Shown: in pieces, positions 1 to 7,552 of the stretch | How positions within the stretch are numbered: the first letter of the stretch is position 1 | Layout of the letters: each line of letters starts with the position of its first letter | IMG/VR virus record: IMGVR_UViG_3300002852_000041 | Coordinates: 1-54,245 of that record | Strand: one strand, 5' to 3' | From: a virus | Taxonomy: Duplodnaviria > Caudoviricetes | Length of the DNA: 54,245 nt | The notes under the pieces: model-generated | Database searches by the model: none | What the model was told of the DNA's origin: nothing | The model's input: only the letters and a program-made list of their open reading frames with translations | Position numbers and translations under genes: made by a program

Positions 1-312
1 TCAAGAGATTGAGACGCTTTTACTTTTCACTGAAAAATGTGTCCCCTGGCGTTTAGGGGACAGTTGAGGGACACTTTTTCGGGACAAGTCTTGACCATCT
101 TCTAGTCCGGCAAGGTAAGCGTTTTCCAGATATAGACTCTCGGATAGACCGATCTGTCTTTCGTACTCCAAAAATAATAAGCGATGGGGGCCAAGTTGCT
201 TCATTATTTTACGCCCGAGCTCAATTATCTTATCTGCACGTCTTGTGTATTCTTCATTTTTCCGGGTGTTCTTGTATGCAGCCCCATATATCCGCTTTTC
301 TGTATCAGTCAT
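1..312 (-). CDS. Hypothetical helical protein coupled to the upstream HTH gene
   Basis: ATG at 312 with AAGGAGG RBS, overlapping the stop of 305..514; C-terminal AYLAGLEDG motif. Confidence 0.6.
   Translation of the reverse strand: MTDTEKRIYGAAYKNTRKNEEYTRRADKIIELGRKIMKQLGPHRLLFLEYERQIGLSESLYLENAYLAGLEDGQDLSRKSVPQLSPKRQGTHFSVKSKSVSIS
40..86. repeat. GGGACA repeats, candidate integrase arm-type sites near the left att
   Basis: GGGACA at 57-62, 68-73, 81-86; inverted repeat TGTCCCCT(40-47)/AGGGGACA(55-62); located at the prophage end opposite the integrase. Confidence 0.45.
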
Positions 313-514
313 TACTACTTTGCCTCCTTTGTAGCCCATCTATGTCTGCCCCTAACTTTTCGACAATGATGGCCAAGGTCTTTTGACGGGGAACCCTCCT
401 ACCCTGTTCAATGGCCGCAATATACCCACTACTTAGTCCTGTGACTTTGGCCAACTCCGCCTGAGTTAAGCCTTTTTCCCTCCGGAGTCTTGCAATTGCG
501 ATAGCTATATCCAA
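305..514 (-). CDS. XRE/Cro-C1 HTH regulator
   Basis: IARLRREKGLTQAELAKVTGLSSGYIAAIEQGRR is a canonical HTH_3 pattern. Confidence 0.9.
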   Translation of the reverse strand: MDIAIAIARLRREKGLTQAELAKVTGLSSGYIAAIEQGRRVPRQKTLAIIVEKLGADIDGLQRRQSSND

Positions 515-548
515 TTATTGAGCTCCCTTTCAGTATATAACAAAGATG

Positions 549-649
549 TGTCGAAACTGGGAAAATTAATGCTCTAGAATTGTACATCTCTTACATCAAT
601 ATACGCTAATTTTATACAATATATATGGGTACACATATATATTTCGACA
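549..649. promoter_or_regulatory. Two Spo0A boxes in the divergent HTH intergenic region
   Basis: TGTCGAA at 549-555 and TTCGACA at 643-649 match the 0A-box consensus TGNCGAA; ATATATATG...CATATATAT palindrome between them. Confidence 0.55.
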
Positions 650-688
650 TATATAGGAAATCAGACATACTGAAAGAACCTATTTTTC

Positions 689-877
689 ATGAAGAATAGG
701 TTAAGGGAAATCATGTTAATCAAAAGGGTCACACAGGAACAGCTCTCAAAGAGAACCGGCATCCCGCAAAGCGATATAAGCAAAATAATCAACGGGGAAA
801 AAGAGATATATCTCAGCACTGCAAAGCGGATAGCCAGAGCTTTGGGGAAAACAGTTGATTATATTTGGCCCGATTAA
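689..877 (+). CDS. XRE HTH regulator
   Basis: NRLREIMLIKRVTQEQLSKRTGIPQSDISKIING...IARALGKTVDYIW. Confidence 0.88.
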   Translation: MKNRLREIMLIKRVTQEQLSKRTGIPQSDISKIINGEKEIYLSTAKRIARALGKTVDYIWPD

Positions 878-994
878 AAACAAAAAGCCCCCGCCATAAT
901 CGGCAAGGACTGCTACACATTTATAAAATACTTAACGGAAAATCCAACGAAACTTTAAAAACCCCGCCAAAAAGAAAAACCCGGTTTCCCGGGG

Positions 995-1444
995 TTATTT
1001 AGTTACCTTCTCTAATATTGTGGCTGTTATTATAGGCATCCCTGTTTTTGAATCCTTGCCGGAAAAAGTACCGTATATTTTTACTTCTTCACCCGCTTTG
1101 ATGTCAAAAATCCGGGATAAGTTTTTTACTGAATACATACCATTGCCATTGCCTTCCTTCGTGCTAAGGGTAAACTCCCATCCATCTGGAGCAGGGGCGC
1201 TAATCCCTCCTTTTGCGTATACCCTTTTATCTTTATTTTTCTCGGGTGAGCTGTTCAGTTCAATAAAATTAGCTTGCGCTGCTTCTTTTTTTAGTTTAGC
1301 ATCTAGTTCCGTCTGGGTTGGCTTGCTTGCCTCAGATGTCGTGGTCGGCTTCGGCTGTGGTGCGGGCGTTTGCTGAGCAACCGGAGTATTCCCGCAGGCT
1401 GTTAAAGCCAAAAGCAAAATAAGCATTAATACCATTCTTTTCAT
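995..1444 (-). CDS. Lipoprotein with a probable OB-fold domain (moron)
   Basis: Signal peptide with lipobox LTA-C, Pro/Thr linker, C-terminal GEEVKIYGTFSG; strong RBS. Confidence 0.8.
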   Translation of the reverse strand: MKRMVLMLILLLALTACGNTPVAQQTPAPQPKPTTTSEASKPTQTELDAKLKKEAAQANFIELNSSPEKNKDKRVYAKGGISAPAPDGWEFTLSTKEGNGNGMYSVKNLSRIFDIKAGEEVKIYGTFSGKDSKTGMPIITATILEKVTK

Positions 1445-1622
1445 AGTAAAACCTCCTTCTTTTATAGTATTTTAATATCATACTCAATTAGTTAATATCC
1501 TCCATTAGTATGGTTTTTTCTCATCCCTCCCCCGCCCTCTCGCACTCTCCCTTCCCTCTCCCTTATCTTCGGTAATAAACCTTTAAAAATAAAGGCTTTC
1601 ACCCCCTCCTCCATGCGTTAGG

Positions 1623-1668
1623 GCGTACCAACCCACGTATGAACGCACGTACCAACTGGCGTATGGAC
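1623..1668. repeat. 24-bp tandem repeat with CGTA at 12-bp period
   Basis: CGTACCAAC at 1624 and 1648, CGTATG at 1636 and 1660; directly downstream of the FtsK-relaxase operon. Confidence 0.7.
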
Positions 1669-1669
1669 T

Positions 1670-2029
1670 TTAACCAAGAACCTGCAGGAAGGATTTAAGG
1701 GCCTTTACTACAGTGCCGATCACCAGCACAAAGCAGACAAGCGTGGTCACCATCTTGGCCTGGCTGCCCAACTGGGCATTACCCACGGCACTGGCTACCT
1801 GATTAATCCCCCACCCTACTACGGCCAGAAGAAGAATCTGCATCAGCACAAACCCAGCCCCGGAAGGGCCGAAGGTTGCCCCGGCCACAGCCCCCAGGGA
1901 GAATTTTTCCGGCACAACTGCAGCCGCAAACATCGGCATCCTGGCGATGGCAGCCGTCCAGAACTCCCGGTCCAGGGACTCAACCCTGCCGCACTTAACC
2001 CGCCACGCTATTATTACCGGCTTTCTCAT
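1670..2029 (-). CDS. Small multi-TM membrane protein, C-terminal half SpoIIIAC/AD-like
   Basis: Hydrophobic helices QILLLAVVGWGINQVASAVG and MVTTLVCFVLVIGTVV; overlaps the relaxase stop. Confidence 0.65.
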   Translation of the reverse strand: MRKPVIIAWRVKCGRVESLDREFWTAAIARMPMFAAAVVPEKFSLGAVAGATFGPSGAGFVLMQILLLAVVGWGINQVASAVGNAQLGSQAKMVTTLVCFVLVIGTVVKALKSFLQVLG

Positions 2030-2681
2030 TCAAACATTCCCCTTTCAATTTTTCTAAAAGACATATTTGAAACTCCAGGCCTGCGGCATTTTCTTTTTCC
2101 ACCAAGCCCCGAATTATTCTTTCCCGGGGGGCCGCCGTGGTCACCGTCAGGATCCCCGGGAACCTGTCGGCCAGGTCCGCCCACCACCAGCCAGCATATT
2201 TCTCTGAGTCATAAAGGCTGTTATATTTGGCGACCTTATCAAAAAGGTTCCCTGACTCAGCCCGGTCCAACTCCACAAACCAGAACCGGAGTTTTCCCGT
2301 CACAGTATTCCGGATTGCACAGAACGCGTCAGCCTGCAGCACCCCGTAATCTTGTTCAGTGTCCCAGCGGTAAACCTCTTCCCAGGACTTCACGCTCCGG
2401 ACCATCCAGACATACACCCAGTTCAGAGCCACCAGGTGATCCATCCGGCCATGTTTCTTCCCGGTGAAATAGATATAGGGGGATTCCGGCGCCGCCCTCC
2501 ACCGCTTCAACCTCCCCCGGTCAAAAAGCACCTTCAGCCGCTCCTGGGCTTTCCTTCGGCCATGTTTCTGGCCGCTGAATATCAACACACTGACCTGCTC
2601 CGTATCTAAGGCCTGAAGCTTTTCTATGAGGCGGCATATCTCATTATCGCGGTGGTAGCCTCTTAACTGATTGGGTGACAT
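1995..2681 (-). CDS. Replication-relaxation (Replic_Relax) family protein
   Basis: N-terminal wHTH-like RDNEICRLIEKLQALDTEQV, conserved H (MDHLVAL), ADAF...FVELDR and K..KY PD-(D/E)xK-like motifs; coupled to FtsK. Confidence 0.8.
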   Translation of the reverse strand: MSPNQLRGYHRDNEICRLIEKLQALDTEQVSVLIFSGQKHGRRKAQERLKVLFDRGRLKRWRAAPESPYIYFTGKKHGRMDHLVALNWVYVWMVRSVKSWEEVYRWDTEQDYGVLQADAFCAIRNTVTGKLRFWFVELDRAESGNLFDKVAKYNSLYDSEKYAGWWWADLADRFPGILTVTTAAPRERIIRGLVEKENAAGLEFQICLLEKLKGECLNEKAGNNSVAG

Positions 2682-3750
2682 CCCAGACGTTCACCTCCTG
2701 ACCTTGCAAAAGTTTCTTGGCCTGCCGCAGGGGTAAGTGCATGGACTGAATCTCCTTCACGGTCACGCCGAACTTGTAGATGCCCCGGCCTTTTACCTCC
2801 GGCAGCTGGGCGGCCAGGGGGCAGTTCTCCCCTAAAATCATTCTGCTGCTGACCTCATCCGGCATGAGGTAGCACAGACGGGCTGCAAACATATCCCGGG
2901 TGTCATCCTTAAACAGCTGCACCCTTTTGCTGGGCCTCTGGGTGGCGGCCACCACACTGATACCGGTGGCCCTGGCCAGCCTCACAATCCGGTCAACAAG
3001 CCGGATTGTTTCCGGGTCGCTTATCTCGGCCACTTCGTCAATAACCAGGACGATAAAAGGCATATCCCCCTTGTAGTCCTGAATCTTCTCCACCCCGGCA
3101 GATTCCAGTATGTCAATCCTGCGTTCCATTTCTCGGTTCAAAGCACCGACGAGCTGCACGGCTTCTTTTTCATTTTTTGCTAGAGCCGTGTGGTTTTTCA
3201 GATACGAAAACTGCAGCCGCTTAAGGTCGATGATGGCCACCTTCGCCACCGGCAGCAGGGAGTGGATCAGTCCCAGTAGGTAATTAGATTTCCCGAATCC
3301 GGTCACCCCGGCCACCAGTAAGTGTGGAGCCTCGGCCAGGTCCAGGACCTCCAGAGCAGGGCTGTAGCCGATGGGCACCGGCAGGGCCATGCTCTGGTAG
3401 GGGGCAGAGTCCCACTGATAAGGATAGTGGTTTTCCAGGTGCCCAGCCCGGATATTGATATGGCAGTACCCGGCTACCTTCCGGATCTCGACAAACCCCC
3501 GGCAGGCATCCGCAAAATACTCTTGCCTGTTAAGCACCTCCCGGAAAGACACACCCGGGGGCAGGGTAAAAATCAGGTGCCAGCCCCCAGGGGTTTTCTT
3601 TTTGTGGGTCAGCTGGGGCCGTGGCTTGGGCTCCGGCCAGAGTGCGTCAACGGTATCGAGGACAGCTGCCGGTATCTCCTGCCCGGGGCGATGCCGCCAC
3701 AGGTCCCGGAGGGATTTACCAACATCACTTAGATAGGCTTCCTCTTGCAA
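2644..3750 (-). CDS. FtsK/SpoIIIE-family ATPase lacking an N-terminal TM domain
   Basis: PHLLVAGVTGFGKS Walker A, IIDLK, VLVIDE Walker B, ATQRP, GRGI; TTG start at 3750 with AAGGTGG RBS. Confidence 0.92.
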   Translation of the reverse strand: MQEEAYLSDVGKSLRDLWRHRPGQEIPAAVLDTVDALWPEPKPRPQLTHKKKTPGGWHLIFTLPPGVSFREVLNRQEYFADACRGFVEIRKVAGYCHINIRAGHLENHYPYQWDSAPYQSMALPVPIGYSPALEVLDLAEAPHLLVAGVTGFGKSNYLLGLIHSLLPVAKVAIIDLKRLQFSYLKNHTALAKNEKEAVQLVGALNREMERRIDILESAGVEKIQDYKGDMPFIVLVIDEVAEISDPETIRLVDRIVRLARATGISVVAATQRPSKRVQLFKDDTRDMFAARLCYLMPDEVSSRMILGENCPLAAQLPEVKGRGIYKFGVTVKEIQSMHLPLRQAKKLLQGQEVNVWDVTQSVKRLPPR

Positions 3751-3782
3751 TAGACCACCTTCTTTGTTGGATTTTGTAATGC

Positions 3783-3813
3783 AATATATGCCGAATGTTT
3801 TGTCCATTATCAC
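3783..3813 (-). promoter_or_regulatory. Putative sigmaE-type sporulation promoter of the FtsK operon
   Basis: Minus strand GTGATAAT-15 bp-CATATATT, i.e. ATA-17-CATAnnnT, about 30 bp upstream of the start codon. Confidence 0.45.
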
Positions 3814-3854
3814 TTTTGGATTGTGGTAATTTAGGGCAAAATAAAAAGCCCCGA

Positions 3855-4052
3855 CTATTCATCAAGGCTCCACAGCTCCTCCACTTTTCTATTTACAGCC
3901 CGGGCTATCTTCAGAGCCAGCAACACCCCCGGACCAGAACCTTTCTTTATTTTAGTAAAGCTGTTTTCGTTTATCCCGCACTCCTGGGCCACTTGTCTCT
4001 GTGTCTTATTAACCTCGGCCAGGGCCACCCGGAAAACATGCTCATTAAACAT
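3855..4052 (-). CDS. XRE HTH regulator
   Basis: KTQRQVAQECGINENSFTKIKKG.PGVLLALKIARAVNRKVEELW. Confidence 0.85.
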   Translation of the reverse strand: MFNEHVFRVALAEVNKTQRQVAQECGINENSFTKIKKGSGPGVLLALKIARAVNRKVEELWSLDE

Positions 4053-4081
4053 ACCATCACCTAATGGTATGTTCTACCATG

Positions 4082-4465
4082 TTAGCTTATTTCCTCCCAC
4101 TTACCAAATACCCGCCCACAGGAACACCCATAAGTCACTACATCACCGTATTCGCCCTCCAGAATACTGAGGATTGATACCCGGCCCCCTTCTATCTCCG
4201 GAGTATAGATATGTGCCCCACAGTCCGGGCATGTGCCGGTCTGGGTGGTCTGCCTGGGCAGGAGCCTCACGCCGCCCTGGTTCCCCCGACAGACTATGCA
4301 CTGCCGCAAAGAGAGCTTTGAGACGTTGTATTTATCAAGCATTACCTTCAGCACCCCGACCATCACATTCCGGGCCGCGGGGTTCCTGGAGAGCAGGAAA
4401 CACTCCAGCGCTTTCTCCATAACAAAAAGGTCATCGGCCTTCGGGAAATCGTATATTTCACACAT
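4082..4465 (-). CDS. Hypothetical protein with C-terminal Zn-ribbon
   Basis: CPDC and CSCG motifs; AGGAGG RBS. Confidence 0.7.
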   Translation of the reverse strand: MCEIYDFPKADDLFVMEKALECFLLSRNPAARNVMVGVLKVMLDKYNVSKLSLRQCIVCRGNQGGVRLLPRQTTQTGTCPDCGAHIYTPEIEGGRVSILSILEGEYGDVVTYGCSCGRVFGKWEEIS

Positions 4466-4571
4466 GGTATATTCCTCCTGTTAACCTATTTACCGCCAGT
4501 GTATTCAGCTATTCCCCAATGTGTTCTATTTTTGTCGGTAAATAAATATATTTTTATCGGGGTGATGTACG

Positions 4572-4868
4572 GTGATAGGTGAACGCATAAAGGCTATGTT
4601 GGAGTCCAGGGGAATGTCGCAGCGGGAACTGGCCCGGAGGATAGGGAAGCACCCATCAGAAATTAATGAGATAGTACAGGGGAAAAGAGATCCCGGGGTG
4701 GCATTGGTGGAAAAGATTGCGGAAGGACTGGGAGTGTCGCCGGCTGAACTGGTGGCAGAGCCGGAGAAGGAATTGAGTGTATGCCAACTCCTGGAGAGGG
4801 AGATCGGAGAGGTGGCCATGTGGGAATTGTTGGAGTGGGTAAGGAAAATAAAACGGGCTGGACCTTAA
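4572..4868 (+). CDS. XRE HTH regulator
   Basis: IGERIKAMLESRGMSQRELARRIGKHPSEINEIVQGKRDPG. Confidence 0.88.
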   Translation: MIGERIKAMLESRGMSQRELARRIGKHPSEINEIVQGKRDPGVALVEKIAEGLGVSPAELVAEPEKELSVCQLLEREIGEVAMWELLEWVRKIKRAGP

Positions 4869-5101
4869 TCCCATACCCTTTCCAGAACCCAGCCGGCTTT
4901 ATCCTTCACCAGGTCATAAAGGCCCCCAGAACGAGCCTTCACCCGGAAGGTAGGCAGGTTGCTGTAGTGGTCGTAATAGTCACGTTTTACGAAAACCCTC
5001 TCGCAGCTGGCCACCTGCAACCACCGTCCCCGCCACTGGAATAAGACAAGGTCCTCTCCGTCAAGGCGAACCTCGACGGGCTGCTTATAAAGTTTGGACA
5101 T
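4865..5101 (-). CDS. DUF6504-like small protein (78 aa)
   Basis: Start ATG 5101 after GGGGGTG; F.WRGRW..V...FRV.....YDL....GW.LERVWD pattern. Confidence 0.75.
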   Translation of the reverse strand: MSKLYKQPVEVRLDGEDLVLFQWRGRWLQVASCERVFVKRDYYDHYSNLPTFRVKARSGGLYDLVKDKAGWVLERVWD

Positions 5102-5123
5102 AAAAACACCCCCGGTATCCCCG

Positions 5124-5152
5124 ATTATAGAACGGGTGTTTGTGGATATCAA
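5124..5152 (-). promoter_or_regulatory. SigmaA promoter with a LexA (Cheo) box in the spacer
   Basis: TTGATA(5152-5147)-17-TATAAT(5129-5124); GAAC-GGGT-GTTT at 5130-5141. Confidence 0.7.
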
Positions 5153-5161
5153 GATTATATC

Positions 5162-5210
5162 TTGGCATATTTTTTGGCATATTTTTTTGGCATATTTTTT
5201 GGCATATTTT
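5162..5210 (+). repeat. Four tandem TGGCATATTTT(T) repeats
   Basis: GGCATA at 5164, 5176, 5189, 5201, separated by T tracts. Confidence 0.9.
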
Positions 5211-5211
5211 C

Positions 5212-5240
5212 TTGACGTCGTTTCATGGTTCTGATACAAT
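5212..5240 (+). promoter_or_regulatory. SigmaA promoter of the two-gene XRE-peptidase locus
   Basis: TTGACG-17-TACAAT with extended -10 TG. Confidence 0.7.
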
Positions 5241-5273
5241 CTTCTTGGATACCAGAAATAGGAGGATTCGCCA

Positions 5274-5861
5274 TTGACTCTCTCTTTAAATGAGGCTAAA
5301 AGGATTTTGGACCCAATACTTCCTAAATTATCGAAAAGCATCAATGCAGCTATTAACGATTATAAAAGGAATATTTTGCGTCTCGAATACTCTCGTAGAA
5401 CAAGGGCAAGCATAATTAATGACCTGATGTGGCGTTATGCACAAGAAGCATTAATTGATGCTCCGGGAATCTTTTGGAGGCGTAAGGGAAATAGTCATTA
5501 TCTTATTATTGAAGATAAGTTTAAGCTTAAATTCAAGATGTTAACAAAAAACCTAAGGAGCATGAACATCCCTACACAACAAGCTCTTGATTTTGTTTAT
5601 CAAGAAAATGGGCAACTTGATTTTCCTGATAAACCCGCGCCTGTCACAAATATATTAGCAGGATATAAATGGAATGACCTACAAACTGATCACGATGGAG
5701 TATATATTGTCTGCCCATTCGGGACTCAGAATCTGTGGGCACTTGAGATAACCCAGGAAAAATCTAAAGAGGCAGAAATTGTTCCTATTCCCACTACGGA
5801 ACGTAAACGCGTTGCGGTTAGGAAGGTTGAGGAAGATGTCAAAAATAAAGAATCTAAATGA
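5274..5861 (+). CDS. Hypothetical protein, putative toxin/effector partner of the XRE-ImmA protein
   Basis: TTG start with AGGAGG; AT-rich; overlaps the downstream gene; KFKML..NIPTQQ..LAGY motifs. Confidence 0.7.
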   Translation: MTLSLNEAKRILDPILPKLSKSINAAINDYKRNILRLEYSRRTRASIINDLMWRYAQEALIDAPGIFWRRKGNSHYLIIEDKFKLKFKMLTKNLRSMNIPTQQALDFVYQENGQLDFPDKPAPVTNILAGYKWNDLQTDHDGVYIVCPFGTQNLWALEITQEKSKEAEIVPIPTTERKRVAVRKVEEDVKNKESK

Positions 5862-6921
5862 TAATGCTGTTTTTAATGCAATGATGCTAATCATCGCCCG
5901 AGAATCCCGTGGTTTAACCCAAAAAGAGCTATCAGAAAAAATAGGTGTGACTCAAGGTTGGCTTTCAAGAGTAGAGGGAGGCTTACGGTCTATTTCAGAT
6001 GATGTCTTAGATAAGATATCAAGTATTCTTGATTATCCTATCGGCTTTTTCTATCAGACAGAAAGAATATATGGTTTAGGTGCAAGTGAGCTGTTTAATA
6101 GGAAACGCCAAGACATACCAGTAAAAAAACTTAATACTATATACTCTCAAATAAATATCAGAATAATACATTTGTCAAGAATGCTGCGTGGTGTAGATAT
6201 TGGAGAGGTTAATTTTCCACACTTTGAATTGGCAGATTTTAATGGTAACATTGGAAATATTACTCAAGCAGTTAGAGCGATGTGGCATATCCCACAGGGA
6301 CCGATAAATAATCTTACAGAAGTAATAGAGAATAATGGTGGGATAGTAATCCCCTTTGATTTTGGAACCACCCGTATAGATGCAACAAGCTTTTGTATAC
6401 CCGGATTACCTCCTTTATTTTTCGTTAACATAAATATTCCTGGTGATAGATTGCGTTTCACGCTTTGCCACGAATTAGGCCATACAATAATGCACCAAAG
6501 GGATCTAAATCCTGATATGGAACGTCAGGCCGATACTTTTGCTGCTAATTTTTTGATGCCTGAAAAAGAAATTCGTCCATATTTAAGAGATCTTTCATTA
6601 TCAAGACTGGCAGAATTAAAATTATACTGGAAGGTTTCCATGGCATCGATGTTAACAACTGCATCTAATATTGGAACGATAACTCCAGAAGAATCAAAAT
6701 TATTATGGAAAAAAATGAGTATAAGAGGTTACAGAACTCACGAACCATTAGAATATGACATACCAGTAGAAATACCTACTTTATATCAAGAAATTATTGA
6801 TGTTTACCGTAATGAAATGGGATATAGTTCATCAGAATTGAGTGATATGCTTAATCTTAACGAACATGAAGCAAGACATATGTACTTCAATAGTCGTAGG
6901 CAATTAAGAGTGATTAAATAA
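5836..6921 (+). CDS. XRE HTH + ImmA/IrrE (M78) Zn-metallopeptidase fusion
   Basis: ARESRGLTQKELSEKIG HTH; DRLRFTLCHELGH and E.QADTFAANFLMP; ATG at 5836. Confidence 0.92.
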   Translation: MSKIKNLNDNAVFNAMMLIIARESRGLTQKELSEKIGVTQGWLSRVEGGLRSISDDVLDKISSILDYPIGFFYQTERIYGLGASELFNRKRQDIPVKKLNTIYSQINIRIIHLSRMLRGVDIGEVNFPHFELADFNGNIGNITQAVRAMWHIPQGPINNLTEVIENNGGIVIPFDFGTTRIDATSFCIPGLPPLFFVNINIPGDRLRFTLCHELGHTIMHQRDLNPDMERQADTFAANFLMPEKEIRPYLRDLSLSRLAELKLYWKVSMASMLTTASNIGTITPEESKLLWKKMSIRGYRTHEPLEYDIPVEIPTLYQEIIDVYRNEMGYSSSELSDMLNLNEHEARHMYFNSRRQLRVIK

Positions 6922-6933
6922 TCCAGTACATAT

Positions 6934-6962
6934 AAAAGGCCCCACCGTCAGGCAGGGCCTTT
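6934..6962. terminator. Bidirectional intrinsic terminator
   Basis: AAAAGGCCC...GGGCCTTT between convergent genes. Confidence 0.7.
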
Positions 6963-6964
6963 AC

Positions 6965-7177
6965 TCACTTCTTTACCACCAGTTCTCTGGCCTGTTCGTA
7001 TTTTTTCACATCTTCCTCCAGGTACAGCGGCAGGCTGTTGTCATGGACCCATATAACTGGCTCCGGAAAATCATTATGTCGGGCCTCCCAGTTGTTCACC
7101 ACCTGCCTGGAGACCCCCCACCTTTGGGCCATGTCTGCCTTGGACATAAGCGGCGGCACCTTTACCTTTCGTCCCAT
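6965..7177 (-). CDS. Small HTH DNA-binding protein (AlpA/MerR-like)
   Basis: LMSKADMAQRWGVSRQVVNNWEARHNDFPEP. Confidence 0.8.
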   Translation of the reverse strand: MGRKVKVPPLMSKADMAQRWGVSRQVVNNWEARHNDFPEPVIWVHDNSLPLYLEEDVKKYEQARELVVKK

Positions 7178-7341
7178 CTTTTCCTCCTGAAGGCCAGTTT
7201 CCCTATTAACATAACAAACCAGAGCCCTACAGCCCCCAGGCCTACATACTTCAAAATGGAGAGTTCCCCAAAGTTCAAGTCAGACACCCAGGCAACAAAC
7301 AGAATTATAAATAATAGATCCGTTGAATTTATTTTCTTCAT
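7162..7341 (-). CDS. 59-aa two-TM membrane protein (absent from the ORF track)
   Basis: Hand translation: MKKINSTDLLFIILFVAWVSDLNFGELSILKYVGLGAVGLWFVMLIGKLAFRRKRWDER. Confidence 0.65.
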   Translation of the reverse strand: MKKINSTDLLFIILFVAWVSDLNFGELSILKYVGLGAVGLWFVMLIGKLAFRRKRWDER

Positions 7342-7371
7342 ATTTTTCAGGTGGATGTGATATACTATTTT

Positions 7372-7431
7372 TAAGTGGGGGAGGATTCCCTCCCCCGGGC
7401 ACTTAGCGTCTTTTGGGACGCTTTTTCTTTT
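7372..7431 (+). ncRNA. Putative cis-antisense RNA (type I antitoxin-like)
   Basis: Extended -10 TGnTATACT at 7358-7366; GGGGGAGG/CCTCCCCC hairpin; AGCGTC/GACGCT hairpin plus T-tract overlapping the 3' end of the opposite-strand peptide gene. Confidence 0.5.
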
Positions 7432-7525
7432 GGTGGTGCTCTTTTATTTCTAACCAAGTCTTTATTGCTCCGAGCACCGCGGCCACCGTGACCGCCACGT
7501 CTTTGATTATACTAACCACATCCAC
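7403..7525 (-). CDS. 40-aa single-TM peptide with basic tail, type I toxin-like (absent from the ORF track)
   Basis: GTG start after AGGAGGTGAGG; MDVVSIIKDVAVTVAAVLGAIKTWLEIKEHHQKKKRPKRR. Confidence 0.65.
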   Translation of the reverse strand: MDVVSIIKDVAVTVAAVLGAIKTWLEIKEHHQKKKRPKRR

Positions 7526-7552
7526 CCATTTCCTCACCTCCTTTATGTATTT

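Noticed and set aside
1492-1602. Short minus-strand ORF MKAFIFKGLLPKIRE... after the membrane gene
   Set aside because: It has an RBS, but most of it is a low-complexity purine tract; coding status cannot be supported
5102-5344. N-terminal extension of the 159-aa ORF with KKYAKKYAKK repeats
   Set aside because: It is a translation of the promoter tandem repeats; the real start is 5101
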